This document shows, piece by piece, positions 1 to 11,898 of a DNA stretch of 32,540 nt. Source of the DNA: Gonapodya sp. JEL0774 (Eukaryota); contig JADIIX010000193.1 in the NCBI GenBank assembly GCA_027604505.1, forward strand, positions 1 to 32,540. Reading direction: 5' to 3'. Numbering within the stretch: position 1 is the stretch's first letter; every line of letters starts with the position of its first letter. The translations under genes were made by a program, and so were the position numbers. The notes under the pieces are model-generated. The model was not told where the DNA came from, made no database searches, and was given only the letters and a program-made list of their open reading frames with translations.

Positions 1-127
1 CCCCCCCTGCAACGCCCCCGGCCCCCATAACCCCAAAACCCCCGCGGGGCCTGGCAACCCGAGCGGCTTTTGTGGCTGCGACCTTTCCCGCGCGCCCCCC
101 CCCCCCCCCCCCCGCCTTTTCGAGAGG

Positions 128-769
128 GTGTTCTTCAAACCAAAGAACACCCTCCCACTGACATCTGCCAGATTCAACGAGCGCAGGGCACGCCTGAGAA
201 TGCTGGTAGCGTTGATGGGGATCGCAAAGGAGGTATCGGGGGCCACCCTGATTCCTGGGGGTGTGGTGATGGTGGTGGTCCCGTCTGTCGATGAGGACAA
301 GGTGCGCACTGCTGTCACCACCAAGGGGTTCACTCTCGTGTCTGAACGAGATGTAGACCCATTTGCTCGACCGGCCCACTCACGGAACGTGGAGGCAAAG
401 GATACTGAGATCACCGCAGGATGACTGGCTGACATTTGTCGGTTCTCTTGGTCACGGGAGTACCACGAGACGGTGATGAGAGGGGCACCGGAGTCTATCT
501 GTGCAGCCACCCTTGTGGAGTACCGGAAACTCCTGCAGAACCCACATGCACTGCTGGGACACGCAGGGCGGCACTACCACTGGGTGGCATCTGACAAGGA
601 GGGAGATGCAGTAATGGGCACTAGCACCACTGCACCTGGGGCTGTGGCACCAGCAGTGAGTGGAGCAGGGAGGTCCCCCAGTGGGGTGATGGGGCGGAGC
701 ATTGAAGCAGGCGTCAGCGCCAGCTTGGGAGCAGGGGAGACCACCATGCCGGCATTAAGCCACGCATGA
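128..769 (+). pseudogene. LINE ORF1 remnant
   Basis: ORFs 128..424 and 473..769 are in the same frame, separated by one TGA at 422-424 (probably CGA>TGA). The stop TGA 767-769 overlaps the ORF2 ATG 766-768. Confidence 0.6.
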
Positions 770-3700
770 GGGTTTTTATGCCAAACGTAAACAGCGTCTC
801 TGGCAAAGCTGATCTCATCAAATCGCTTTGCCAAGATGACCATATGGACGTCTCGCTGCTATGCGAGACGTGGCTGTCACCTAGTGCCAGCCTGCCCTTT
901 GGGACACCAATCACCAATGTGATCAACCACGATGATTCATACAGAGTGGGGGGGAAGTGGAGTGGGGGGGAAGCGGAGCGGTGGGGGGATACTCGTCAAC
1001 ACATGGTCACCGGCATATGCAGCAGTGTGCAAGCAGACACACACAGCCCTGACATCAGCGAAAAAGGGGGACAGGGCAACAGTCCTCCTACTCAATTGGT
1101 ATACAGTCATCTTTGCGTACATCCCACCCAGCAAGGAGGAGGACCATCTGCTCCTTGAACTCTTGGAGTTGGGGCAGAAGATGGCAGATGCAGGGAATGA
1201 GGTTGTGATCTGTGGGGACCTGAATGCACACTCAGAGCTTCTGTCTGGTGATCACAAGACCGACTGTCAGGGCCACCTGTTGGATGACTGGATGATGGAA
1301 GCCCATCGTTTCCGAATCCAGACACCAACCCGTGGGAAATGGACATCACTTGCCAATGGGGGACAAGGGATACCAGACGTTGTCATCTCCACATTCCAGG
1401 TGGAACACTACATTGTACATGAAGGGGTGGCGATTGGTGGATCAGACCACTGCCCACTCACATTTACCATCCCAGACAACCGACCCCCGTATGTCGAAGT
1501 GAAACGGTAGAATGTGCGTAAGCTTGTCACACCTACTGTGCTCGAGGTGTACGCAAAGCTCCTCGGAGATGATCTGATGGTGAAGGGGTTGGAGAAGGAG
1601 TGTGGGGAAACTGAGAAGAGGATCCTTTCTGCCAGGTGGTCTGGGAACGTGCAAGCAGAGGTGGATCAAGTGATGACACAGCTGTATGAGGCCATCGGCC
1701 GGGCTGCAGAGCCCACTGTTGGCTATCTGAAGTGGAGCTCATATGTGGACCGTGAGCTCCTGACAGACAACCTCTCGCAGGAGTTGGCAGACCTGCAAGA
1801 GGCCACAAGGGCGGCAAGGGCAGCCGCGTCAGCAGAGGCACCCAGGGAGGAAGTGCGCAACCTGACGGCGACAGCCACTGAGGGTGCGCGGATCTATCGC
1901 ACAGGGGTGGACGAGCGAAGGCGAACACAATTCCGCTCCCACTTCGACCAACTAGCACGTGAAAAAACGTCTGCGGCTTTTCTTCGGGCAATCAAGGGAA
2001 TCAAGAAAAGGAGGGCAAAGACAGGATGTGGACTTGACCCTGCAAAGATGAGTGATCACCTGAACTACTTCTGGACCACATGGGGAGGTGCGCCAACCGG
2101 TACAACCCCAGAGGAGCTGCCGGACCAACCCATCTTGCCACCAGATCCAGATGTTGATGAGCCGATCGAGCCATATACTGTGGCAAAGCGGTTGATGGAG
2201 CTGCCAACAGGGAAGGCATGGGGAGCCGACAAAGTACCAGCAGAGTTCTATCAGGCAGCACATAATGTCCTGATTAAACCGCTCACTGCGCTGCTTCACC
2301 TAATTGCATCGACAGCCTGCATCCCAACAATCTGGCGACGTGCACTTGTGGTGCCAGTGTGGAAGAAGAAGGGGAGTGCAGAAGATATTGCAGACCATCG
2401 GCCAATCTCGCTCACGTGCACCATCCGGCAATTGTACGAGCGCCTGCTGATTCCAGAGGTAGAAGCATTCCAGGGATGTTTGGCAGATGAGCAGGGGGGT
2501 TTCCGCCCCCACCGTGGAGTGATGCAACAGGTCGTGGTTCTGCACGAGTCCTGCAAGGACAACCCACAGATGACAACGGCGCTCCTGGACTTGAAGGCAG
2601 AGTACGACATGGTGGACAGGCGCCGTCTTTGGTGGCTGTTGGAGTATCGATATCACTTCCCTCCAGCAACAGTCTGTCGGTTGAACGATCTCTTTGACTT
2701 CAATGCAAGTCAGCTATTGGTGGGGGGGAGCACATCTGATCTCTTGAAGAACCTGCGTGGGCTGTTCCAGGGATCTTCGCTCTCCCCGATCCTGTTCAAT
2801 TTCTTCATCAACAATCTTGCTTTAGCACTGTCCGATCTGAAGGAGGAGACGGGAGTACGAGTGGCAAACAAGTTCATCAATGCTCTACTGTTTGCAGACG
2901 ATACGGCTCTCGTGGCATTCGATCACCAGCGCATGGCGAGGTTGCTGGGAGTATGCCAGACATGGAGTGTGAATGCTGGAATGCGGTTCGCACCAATCAA
3001 GTGCATTCTATTTGCACCGCAACCTGCTCAACGGGAAGTCCCCCTTCAGCTCTATGGGGAGGATCTTCCATCGAAAGAGGAGCATGACTACCTGGGATTC
3101 CCCTTCACTCGTGGAGGGGTGAACTGGAGGAAGTTGTGCTTGGATCAGTGCAAGAAAGCAGATGGCGTGACAGCAATGTTGAAGTCAGTGGGGTTCAACA
3201 TTACTGGATGGGCACCACGATCAGCAGTCCACGCATATACCACCTTCATTCGCCCAGTTATGGAATTTGGAGTTGAGCTGATGCTCCCTTCAGCACCACC
3301 GCTGCAGATCTACCAGAAGTGTCAGGAGCGTGCTCTTCGCGCCATCTGGAATGCCCCTCGCCACACCAGTCGTGATGCCATGCAGAGGGTGCTTGGAGTG
3401 CAGCCCTTTGAGCTTCATGCGAGGGAGTTGCACTTGCTATCATCTGGACGCCACCATTCTTGGAGTGGGAGTGTGGCGACGCAGACTTCGATCCACGCCC
3501 CCGGCAGGATCAATTCCATATGCAGCAATGATTGGACAGGTGCACCACAGGTGGAACCCACTAGTAGTTGCACTCCGCAACCGCTTCTGGGTGCACTCCA
3601 ACATTGCCAACCCCCTTCAGCGAGCCTCCCCCCCGCCTCACCCACCACCGCCAATTGCGCTGTGGGCAGAGAGGATAACCTGGAGACAGGCGCAGATGGA

Positions 3701-4145
3701 GTCTCTATTGGGAGAGAACTTTGAGACGAAGGCAAACGAGACAGTGGTGTCTGCAATTCGAGTTAGACCAAACGCACGACCTCACCAGTACTTGGAGACG
3801 CGTTCAACAATTAAGCGTGAGGATCGGGTGACCATCTCGCCCTGGCAAATGGGATTTGTCTCATCCCATGAGGACTGCATCAATTGTGATGATGGAGTCT
3901 GACTGTTGAGGGATCATGTGATAGAGTGTTCTGGAGTTGGACCGGCAGTGGAGAGGTGCCTGCAGTCAATCTACCCCCTGCCGCACGTTCTATATGGTAC
4001 CAATGTCATGGATCACCTGATCAACTGTGCAGTGTTAGATATGGGTCCAGTAGTGGTCAAGACCTTGGTGGATGCTATCAACAGGATGGAGTGGTGCTGC
4101 CGTGGACGTGCCAGGATGGAGTCGGGGTTCTTTCAGGTGCCCTAA
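766..4145 (+). pseudogene. LINE ORF2 (endonuclease/reverse transcriptase), disrupted
   Basis: Frameshift in G-runs near 950-990, TAG at 1508-1510, frameshift near 3450 and TGA at 3900-3902. The pieces join into one APE-RT-zinc knuckle polyprotein. Confidence 0.9.
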
Positions 4146-6992
4146 TCCCCGAGTAAGCTTTTGTGTGACTTCTGTTTTTGTGACTGAGGGTGGTCATTGT
4201 GTACTTAAGGGACTTAACTCCCTTCATACTGTAGTAGTATTGGCATTCTACTCTATAGAGGCGCCTGACATAGGAGATGACAACTTCCTTTAATAGATCC
4301 TTGATAAACTTACCACTAGGTTGGAGGTTAGATAGATGAGGTTTGAGGGTTTAAGGGTTGTGGCGTAGCAGCCACCAGATGATAGTGTAGGCACAGCGTA
4401 GATTCTTTCTTAGGTTTGACAGATAGCACTGCTTGTCTAGGTAAGACAGCAGTGTGTTGTATTGGGTTCTTTATATTCACATTGCGTCTCTTGCTGTCAT
4501 AGTTCAAGTGGTGACTTCAAGGTGGGTCACAATTTTAGTTCAAGAGTACAAAGACCTTCAATATATTATATCCTTATACAAACCATTTCAAGTCATGCCT
4601 ACACATCAGGGCATTGCAGAACTTAAACACAAAAAAAGATCAGAAAACACTCACCTTTGAGCTTGCAGGTGGCAGTGGAGGGAAAGTAAGAATGCCAAAC
4701 TCAGAAGGAGGGGATGTTGGAGTCAGGGGACAGGGGTTCTTGTTTGTGGAGAAGATTGTGGAGCATTGGCCATCTGAAGAGTAAGTTGCCAAAGTGGCAA
4801 GTGAACTAAGAAAATAACTTATGATGACCCAGCAAACTGACTCGTTCACAGTGTGCATTGAGTGACTTGCCCATTATTGTACATACCTGGTAAACCTCGT
4901 GATCCTAGTTCCATGTCCAAGTGTATTAGACAGGATCCACCCTGGAATGACATCTGACTAGGCAATCAGAAGATTTTGCACGACGGTGATGGAATAGACA
5001 GAGAGTGGGGTTTGAGGAAAACATATGGCAGAAGCACAAAATGCAATTTGACAGGCAGAGCAGGAAGAGAAGTCACTCACACACTCAGTTTATGTCTCAA
5101 CTAGGTCCATATTCATTGCCAAGAAAAAAAACGGGCCCAATAAGGGCAGATATCTTCCACTGCAGGTGCTGAGGAAAATGGGAAGACAGACAAATGAGAG
5201 GAGAGAGGAGGTGTTGGGGACAGACATACGCTTATTGTTCACTGTTCCATACTTGCTGAGTGCAATAGACCTGAGGAAGTGGGTGTGGAACTTTGAATAC
5301 ATTGACCTTGAAGAATCACGAAAATTTCCACAATGTTCCAATTTACTCAGGTGCACCATGGCAACCTCTGCATGACATTCAAAACAAAAGCGGATCTCCC
5401 TTCACCAACAAATTTAGATTGTCTATGACTCCACAAGGACAAATTGCTTGCTTTTATTGCTTTGGGACTCTTTTGTGGTGCCTTTGGCTTCAATTCTATT
5501 CAGTCTGTTGCACTGGCCTCACTCCTGTTCCTGCATCTTTGTCATGAAACCCTACAGAAACTAGACTTAAGACAATTTGACCATCACCAAAGAAAATGAC
5601 GTCGGTAGGCACCTATCATCATCTGCCTGCCTGCAACAAGCAGAGCTCAAATATGGTCGACAGACTGGACATGAGGGCACGGAGATGAGAAGAGTCTCAA
5701 ACTTATTTTTGTTCTCTCCTTTGTTAAGAGACTGCATAATTTGTTGTGTAGACCTGAATATGCCCAATCAGCACTTATATGTATTTGAAGGAGTTCTGAG
5801 GAGTTTGAATACAGTTCACGATGGTCAATAACATTCTACTGCAAATGGTGTAGTCAACTGTCAATGAACAATCAGGAGTTTGTTCAACTGCAGTCTATTT
5901 GTATACAAGTGCTTGACTATAGTGTACTTACAGATGACTGTTCAACTGTGGTGAACCTGACCCCAAGGTGGTCTACCTGTGTTCAACTTGCAGTTTACTC
6001 AAAATAGGTTTTCTCAACTGTAAGGTACTGCAGTATATCAAAATTTGCGGTGGAGTGTGGTTGAATGGTTTTGCTGTTTTCCTGATGAGCATGGATGCTT
6101 TTTTTTTGAATGATCCTTGTGAGCAAACACCCCAGCATGCTCTGACTTGGACACTTTTTGAAAATGGGGATAAGATGTATTTGAAAGATCTGCGCAAATT
6201 TCTTGCCTTGCTGCCTGTGGCTAACACCAAAACAGTAGTACAGCCACACATTTGTAAAATACCATAACTTCAATTCCTGATTTCTTGCCCCCCATGGTGC
6301 AATCATTTCAATTCAAAAGGAATTACAATTTGAACTATGCAAGCCCCTGTAATCTGATGGGTTCTGCCATTGGAAAAGACCAATTCCTAAATTACAACAC
6401 AAGCACCAGTTTTATTCAAGCTCTACAAAAGGTCTACAAAAGGGGGATACTGAGAATTGGTCACATTCACCCATTTCTTACTACAGATCTAGTTTAGCTA
6501 CTCAGGTGATGAATGAAATGAATTTATTGTTCCCTCAATGTGCCAGCATTCTTGAGTGGGGGTTCCAGAGCCCTACCTTAAAGAGTGTTTACTGTTATCC
6601 TGTCCTAAGTGTGCAGATTGTGTTTTTGCAGTTAACTTTCTGGGTAGTGTGGCCAGTCTAACATTAGCAGTTGGTCTGAGAGGAATAGTGTGGTATCTAA
6701 AATTTGCTATCATCATCCATTTCACACAAGTTGACCACAGACATTGTCCCAAATGTGACCCCTTGGGATGTCAATTCCACAACAGCAAGGTCTAATACAA
6801 GGAGTGAATGGATACTCTTGCTGTATATAAATAATGCCTCATATCTCTCTCATTTTACAATTTTCATATCTCTTAGGACTCATCTCTTTCCCTCACCAGA
6901 AAATGGTCACAAACCCGTGAACAGTAATTTGCACTTCAGTTTCAATTACAATAAATTGATGAGGTACTCCTTATCTTGTAATGAATCACATG

Positions 6993-9900
6993 TTATACCT
7001 TCTGCACATAAGTTTTGGGGAAGACCCCCTTTTTGCTTCCAAGTTTCCCTTCCCACCAATCATCTGTATCATTGGCAGATGTGACAGAAATAATGTCATT
7101 TTCCTTGAATGAAAGCTCATCAGGACTGGGAAACAGCAATCCCAAATCTCAATTCAAATCATTCTAGGCGCATAAAATCTGAAGACTTACTCTGCTGCTT
7201 CATAGTCATACAATGCTTTCACTGACAGCAACAAAGTTTGTTAATTCAAAGAAACTGAAAAGTTGTAGGCAAAATGTATACCTTTTCGTTGAGTAAAAGT
7301 AGAAGGCTTTGGTGTTAATGGTTCAATTGCTCTCTGAAAGTTTTGAATGTTAACCAAAAAAGAACTATCTTAAAGAAATGGAACAATGAAACTTACCCTC
7401 AAAGTCCCTGGGGATTCTTGCACTTCTTCTACATACACATTAGGAAATTGACCAACTTTCCCATTAGGTGCTCAAAAATGGACCAATTATCAGAGGATTG
7501 TGTTTATAGAAAAATAGAGTTGCCCTACCTTTTCCCTCCCACCATGCATCTGAGCCAGTTGCCTTGCTGGTAACAACAATAATGTCACCAGCTTTTGATG
7601 ATTGAAATTGTTGAAGATTCATTAAATGAAAACATCTGCCAGAGGCTCACCTTTCATGCTAAGCTCCCCATCACATGTTGCAGTGTAGTCAAATTTGGCA
7701 CGAACTTATGAAGTAAACCATCATGAAATATTAGTGAGTAAATTCATGGAAAGGAGAGACAACAATACAGTACCTGTAGCCTTTTTAGGAGTTATACTGT
7801 TGGTGCTGACAATACTTGCTGATCTGGTGTGTCGCGCCATTGCTGGTGGTACCATAGTGTCCCATCCTTGCGTGAATATGATAGGAAACTGTCCAACTTG
7901 CCCTGTCCTTAGGTGCTTCCCTTCCCACCATTGAAGGTTTTGATCTCCTTCGTTGGGCTTTTCCGTGACCTCAATAATATCTCCAGCTACGAAGGATAAT
8001 TCTGTGTCATCAGATGCCACATGATCGTAGACTGCTTTCACACAATTTGCACCAAGTTCTGAGAATGTTGTTGAGGCACTGTCACTCCCAGTAGCATTAG
8101 TGTGAACATCAACCTTCACATAGTTTGCAGGCACAAGTCCCACTTGAGAACCCTTCTGAGCCTTTAAAACAGTCAAGCAGGGTTCATTCAATAATTATTC
8201 CAATTCTTATTACCTTCAAAGTATTGCAAACATACCTTTACCCAGCCATCCTTCTCCCCTTCAAGCAAAATGAGTCGGTCATTCTCATGGATACTGAGTT
8301 CACCCTCAATCTTGCTGGCATAATCAAACAAGGCTATGGCTGAAGAGGAACCTATAGATTTTGACTGAGCAACTGGAGTCACAAGTTTTGGGAGCTCAAC
8401 TGTCATTGGAGCAGAAGTTTTCAGGGAATATAATGGCAATGTTACTAGGGTATCTCACCTTTTTTCTCAATCAATAGATTCATTAATGTCTCCAGCCGCA
8501 ACTTCTCATTGGTCAGTACATGTAACTGATACTCCAAATCTGCTTTCTCCTAAATTGTCCAGTAAGAGTGAAATGTGGTTTATAAAAGTGAAAAACTTAA
8601 CACATACATCTGAAGCACTGTTTGCATTTCCAAATTCAGGTGTTTTGCTGTAAGCATTCACCATTTGAGATAATCCAGCAATAGCTTTCTCAACCCTCTG
8701 TAATTGGACAAGGACTTCTTGGTTTCTTTGATGATATTGCCTGCTCAAGGACAAGCATGAGGAGAGCAGTGAAGCTCAATATCTCAGTTGCTCCACTCAC
8801 CCAAGTTTTTGTGACAGCACAATTTTGGAAAATTCATCAACAGTAATATCTGTGATCTAAACAGGGGGCCAGAATATGTAAAGAAACAAGTTTAATCAGA
8901 TGCACATAGAAACTGAGAAACCTTATCTGCTCCTGTGTTTCCAAACACAAAAGGTTCTGGTTCTCTAAACGCATCAGCATTTTGTGTCACAAAAAGTCTG
9001 GAGTCTGATTCTCTCTCCACATGAGAAAGAGTTGTTTGAAGAGTTTCCATGCTGGTCTTCAACAAAGCAGAGTATTCTGTCTCCACAGCACCATATTTTG
9101 AGAGCAAATCCACAAGCAATGAGTAGTATCTTCCATCTATACGCTTCATCAATGATGGTAAGTCCACTGGGAAAAGAAAGAAAGCATAACATTGAGGGAG
9201 TAACTTTCAACAACAAAAGACTTTCTCACAACTATAATATTGCTCTTGTTGCATGTTTGTTGATTGCAATGCCAGTAAATAGTCATTTCTGGCATCCTTT
9301 TCTCAGAGAGTATGCTGATTATAGTATATTTGGCAGAAGGATCTGATGATCAGACTCTCACCTGCAATGATCTATAGGCAGCTTTAAGCTTTTGCTTTAA
9401 CTGTCGGAATTTGATGTAAGAATCCTCATGGACACCAATTTTCCTTCGAAACATGCCTTTGCAACAATTTGGTCTTGGTCAGTCTCTATAAGTAATTTGA
9501 TCAATGGAATGGCAGTTTGAGTGAGTACCAAAAGTCTGATTGGCAAACTGAAATAAATACACACGCTTAACCATGTTCCTCAACGCTGTAAAAGCAGTGG
9601 TACCCCTGTTGGATTCCAAGTCATACTTGGCCTGGGCAGCATCTGCATCCTTGGATGCTTGCTCATACTTCAATTTTACCTTAATTGGATTGATGTCAGA
9701 TTTCAGAATGTTTGAAATCATCCTAATCATCATTTTCTCCTGGCCAACAATACCTGCTCCAAATCTGTATAGCTCTTTGTGAGTTCTATTTGAAGCCTTT
9801 GCTATAAAGGAACAAACAATAATGTAAATTGTGTTACTTTGGTGAAACAGGATGTTGTATGATTACTTACACCATACTCTAATTGCTGTGTAAAAGACAT

Positions 9901-10701
9901 TTAACAACCGAAACAGAGGCACTTTCATCACAAGAGTGACGCCAGATCACTTCACCTTTTTGGAAACAATAGTTCGTTCCTTGTTGTACTCCTTAATGAC
10001 ATCGACTATTTCACTGTTGAGCTTATCAGCAAGTCTTCCGCGGAACTGGGCTTGTTTCTCAGATTCAGAGAGAAATATCGAGAAAGCATGCTGTGGTAAT
10101 CTAACGATATGAGAAGGGCAGGTGGGAAGCCGAACTTGAAATGCGAAGGAGGGTATGTTTGCTCACCTCACACCCTCTTTCGCCCCGTCCTTCGATTGAA
10201 CTTCAGCGCCACCTCCCTCACTCGCCGAACCAGAGCTCAAAGAACCAGACGCGCTTCTGGGCACTAGCGCTGACAAAACCCGCCTCTTAGATGCGAAGGA
10301 TTTGCTGAGACGCTCAAGTTTGGCCTGATAGTCCTGTTCAATCTCCGCCCTCCGCCTCATATAGTCACGAATGTTGTCGAGTGTTGCGATGTCTTCATCA
10401 GACTTTGCGCCGATTCTTTGCCACTGATGATCGCCATGGTTGGCATCAGCAAAATTCAAAGAGTTCGTGGAAACAGGTGTCGGTTGAGAGAAAGCTTTGT
10501 GTGATCGAGCAATCCAACAATCCCTCACTTGCTGTTGCTGATTCGACCTGAGAGCTTTGGTGAATTGATGAAACTCTTTGGCATTCATTTTTGCCGCGTG
10601 GGCTGAAGCTTGTCCTGTTAAATTATGTTGAATTCACAAGGGTCGATTGGCTTTGGGTTGCGGCAGTATCCACAGTAATATACACCTGAACCCATGTCCA
10701 T
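6993..10701 (-). CDS. F-BAR + HR1-like coiled coil + four SH3 domain protein (Bzz1/FCHSD/NOSTRIN-like), about 20 exons; start at 10701 (via intron 10685-10615) or at 10588
   Basis: Spliced translation gives F-BAR motifs (RRRAEIEQDYQAKLERLSK; DARNDYLLAL...YYSLDLPSLMK), an HR1-like segment (GLSQMVNAYSKTPEFGN) and four SH3 domains: ALFDY..GELS..GWVK..GLVPANYV; AVYDH..TELSF..WWEG..GQFP; AKFDY..GELSM..WWEG..GQFPNVYV; ALYDY..DELSF..WWEG..GVFPKTYVQKV*. Stop TAA at 6995-6993. Exon phases are consistent. Confidence 0.9.
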
Positions 10702-11743
10702 CTTTGCAAAAGACGGATGGGTCTCAAGGGCTCTGGAGCGAGCATCTAAGAAGCTTAGACGCGAGGTGGAGCTCAAAATGAGTCGACGCAAACCTACCGA
10801 TTGGTTCTGACGGCCCTTCTCGGCGCATGAATCACATCCATGGCCTCGATTCAACGTTCAAACGCTTGGCTAATTCTTTTAGATCGATAAGAATCCGGTA
10901 TTCCCATTCACCCCAAATCAGCAGGAGAGCGGTAATGAAGCAATGAACAGGTCTTAGGCAAATGCGGGTTGACGAATCGCATTTGCACCTTCACGAAATA
11001 GCTCTCGAACTACGAATAAAACACAATGAGCTCCACTGGTGTATCAGCGGTGTTATTGCGTCCGTAGGCGTAATCGTAATTTTCGTTGCAAGGGGTATGG
11101 TCACGCACGTGAGTAGCAATGTTGTCAAGAGAGAGAGCGTGGCCAGGTAGATTTTACAATGGTATCTTGCATGAATGTGCTAGCAATACTTCCTATTGCC
11201 ACTTCTCGTTTTGATTGTCAGCGGGCTTGGCGTCTACAACTACAAGGTTCATTGTGTTCTGCTGCCGTTCCATGTCGTGAACTCTCACCGAATGTTTACA
11301 TAAGGACACACGAATTTTGAGGCTATACCCACATCATTGTGTTTATACCTTCTCTCGAAATTCAACCAGTTCTGTTCAAGGCGACTATTACAACATTTAC
11401 ATCCGCATCCGCCGAGATGTGAAATCTGGTGTGGCTCAATTTTTCGGTTTCTTTGGACTTAAACGAACATGTCACTGACGGGGAGCTGACAGGACTGCAC
11501 CAAAAATATTTTCTGGTCCTGAACGGATTCCAAATTGACGCTTACCGACTTTGTGGATCAACTTCGAACCTTTCAGTAAGTATTTCGTCGATTTCAGTGT
11601 GTAGAAATCCGCTCACATGAACGTAGGAGCTTCGGCAAGTTGGACAAGAGCTTGCGCGCAACCTAGACTTAAATTTTTGGGATGTGGCAAATGCATCTTC
11701 TCATCATCATATTCGCCATGTACCAGGGGAATCTGATGGGTGA
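10694..11743 (+). CDS. TMEM249: TMEM249-like (CatSper auxiliary subunit family) two-TM protein, 7 exons, about 204 aa
   Basis: Exons 10694-10765, 10883-10931, 11002-11108, 11184-11246, 11305-11428, 11493-11575 and 11627-11743, all GT-AG and in phase. Protein: ...IDKNPVFPF...two hydrophobic segments...YNIYIRI...YFLVLNGF...LRQVGQELARNLDLNFWD...HHIRH. The family was recognised from memory of TMEM249 motifs. The first and last exons are less certain. Confidence 0.72.
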
Positions 11744-11898
11744 GGAACGAAAATGTTGCGGTTTTAGTCGAACATTCTAGTTCGTGCGGGAAAAAATAGA
11801 ATGTGGTACCCCGTTGAGGTGTTCGAGGCCAGAAAAGATGAAGAATCGATTACCTTTATCACTGATCTGTTCACCTTTTGTTTGATACACATTGAAAC

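Larger units (their letters stand above)
128..4300 (+). mobile_element. Degenerate non-LTR retrotransposon (LINE; ORF1 plus APE-RT-CCHC ORF2); 5' end probably outside or at the window edge, 3' end approximate
   Basis: Consecutive + strand ORF pieces give APE endonuclease motifs (NVNS, ETWL, GDLNAH, SDH), RT motifs (RPISL, EQGGFR, QGSSLSPILFN, LLFADD, YLG) and a C-terminal C-x2-C...H-x3-C knuckle (CINC...HVIEC). No poly(A) tail or TSD found. Confidence 0.93.

Noticed and set aside
1..120. C-rich stretch as a telomeric or functional repeat
   Set aside because: Irregular low-complexity sequence with no fixed unit; it may be low-quality sequence at the window or contig edge.
422..3902. In-frame TGA codons in transposon ORFs (422, 3900, and similar ones near 23820 and 24285) as selenocysteine
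   Set aside because: They are not in redox motifs, occur alongside frameshifts and a TAG, and fit CGA>TGA decay.
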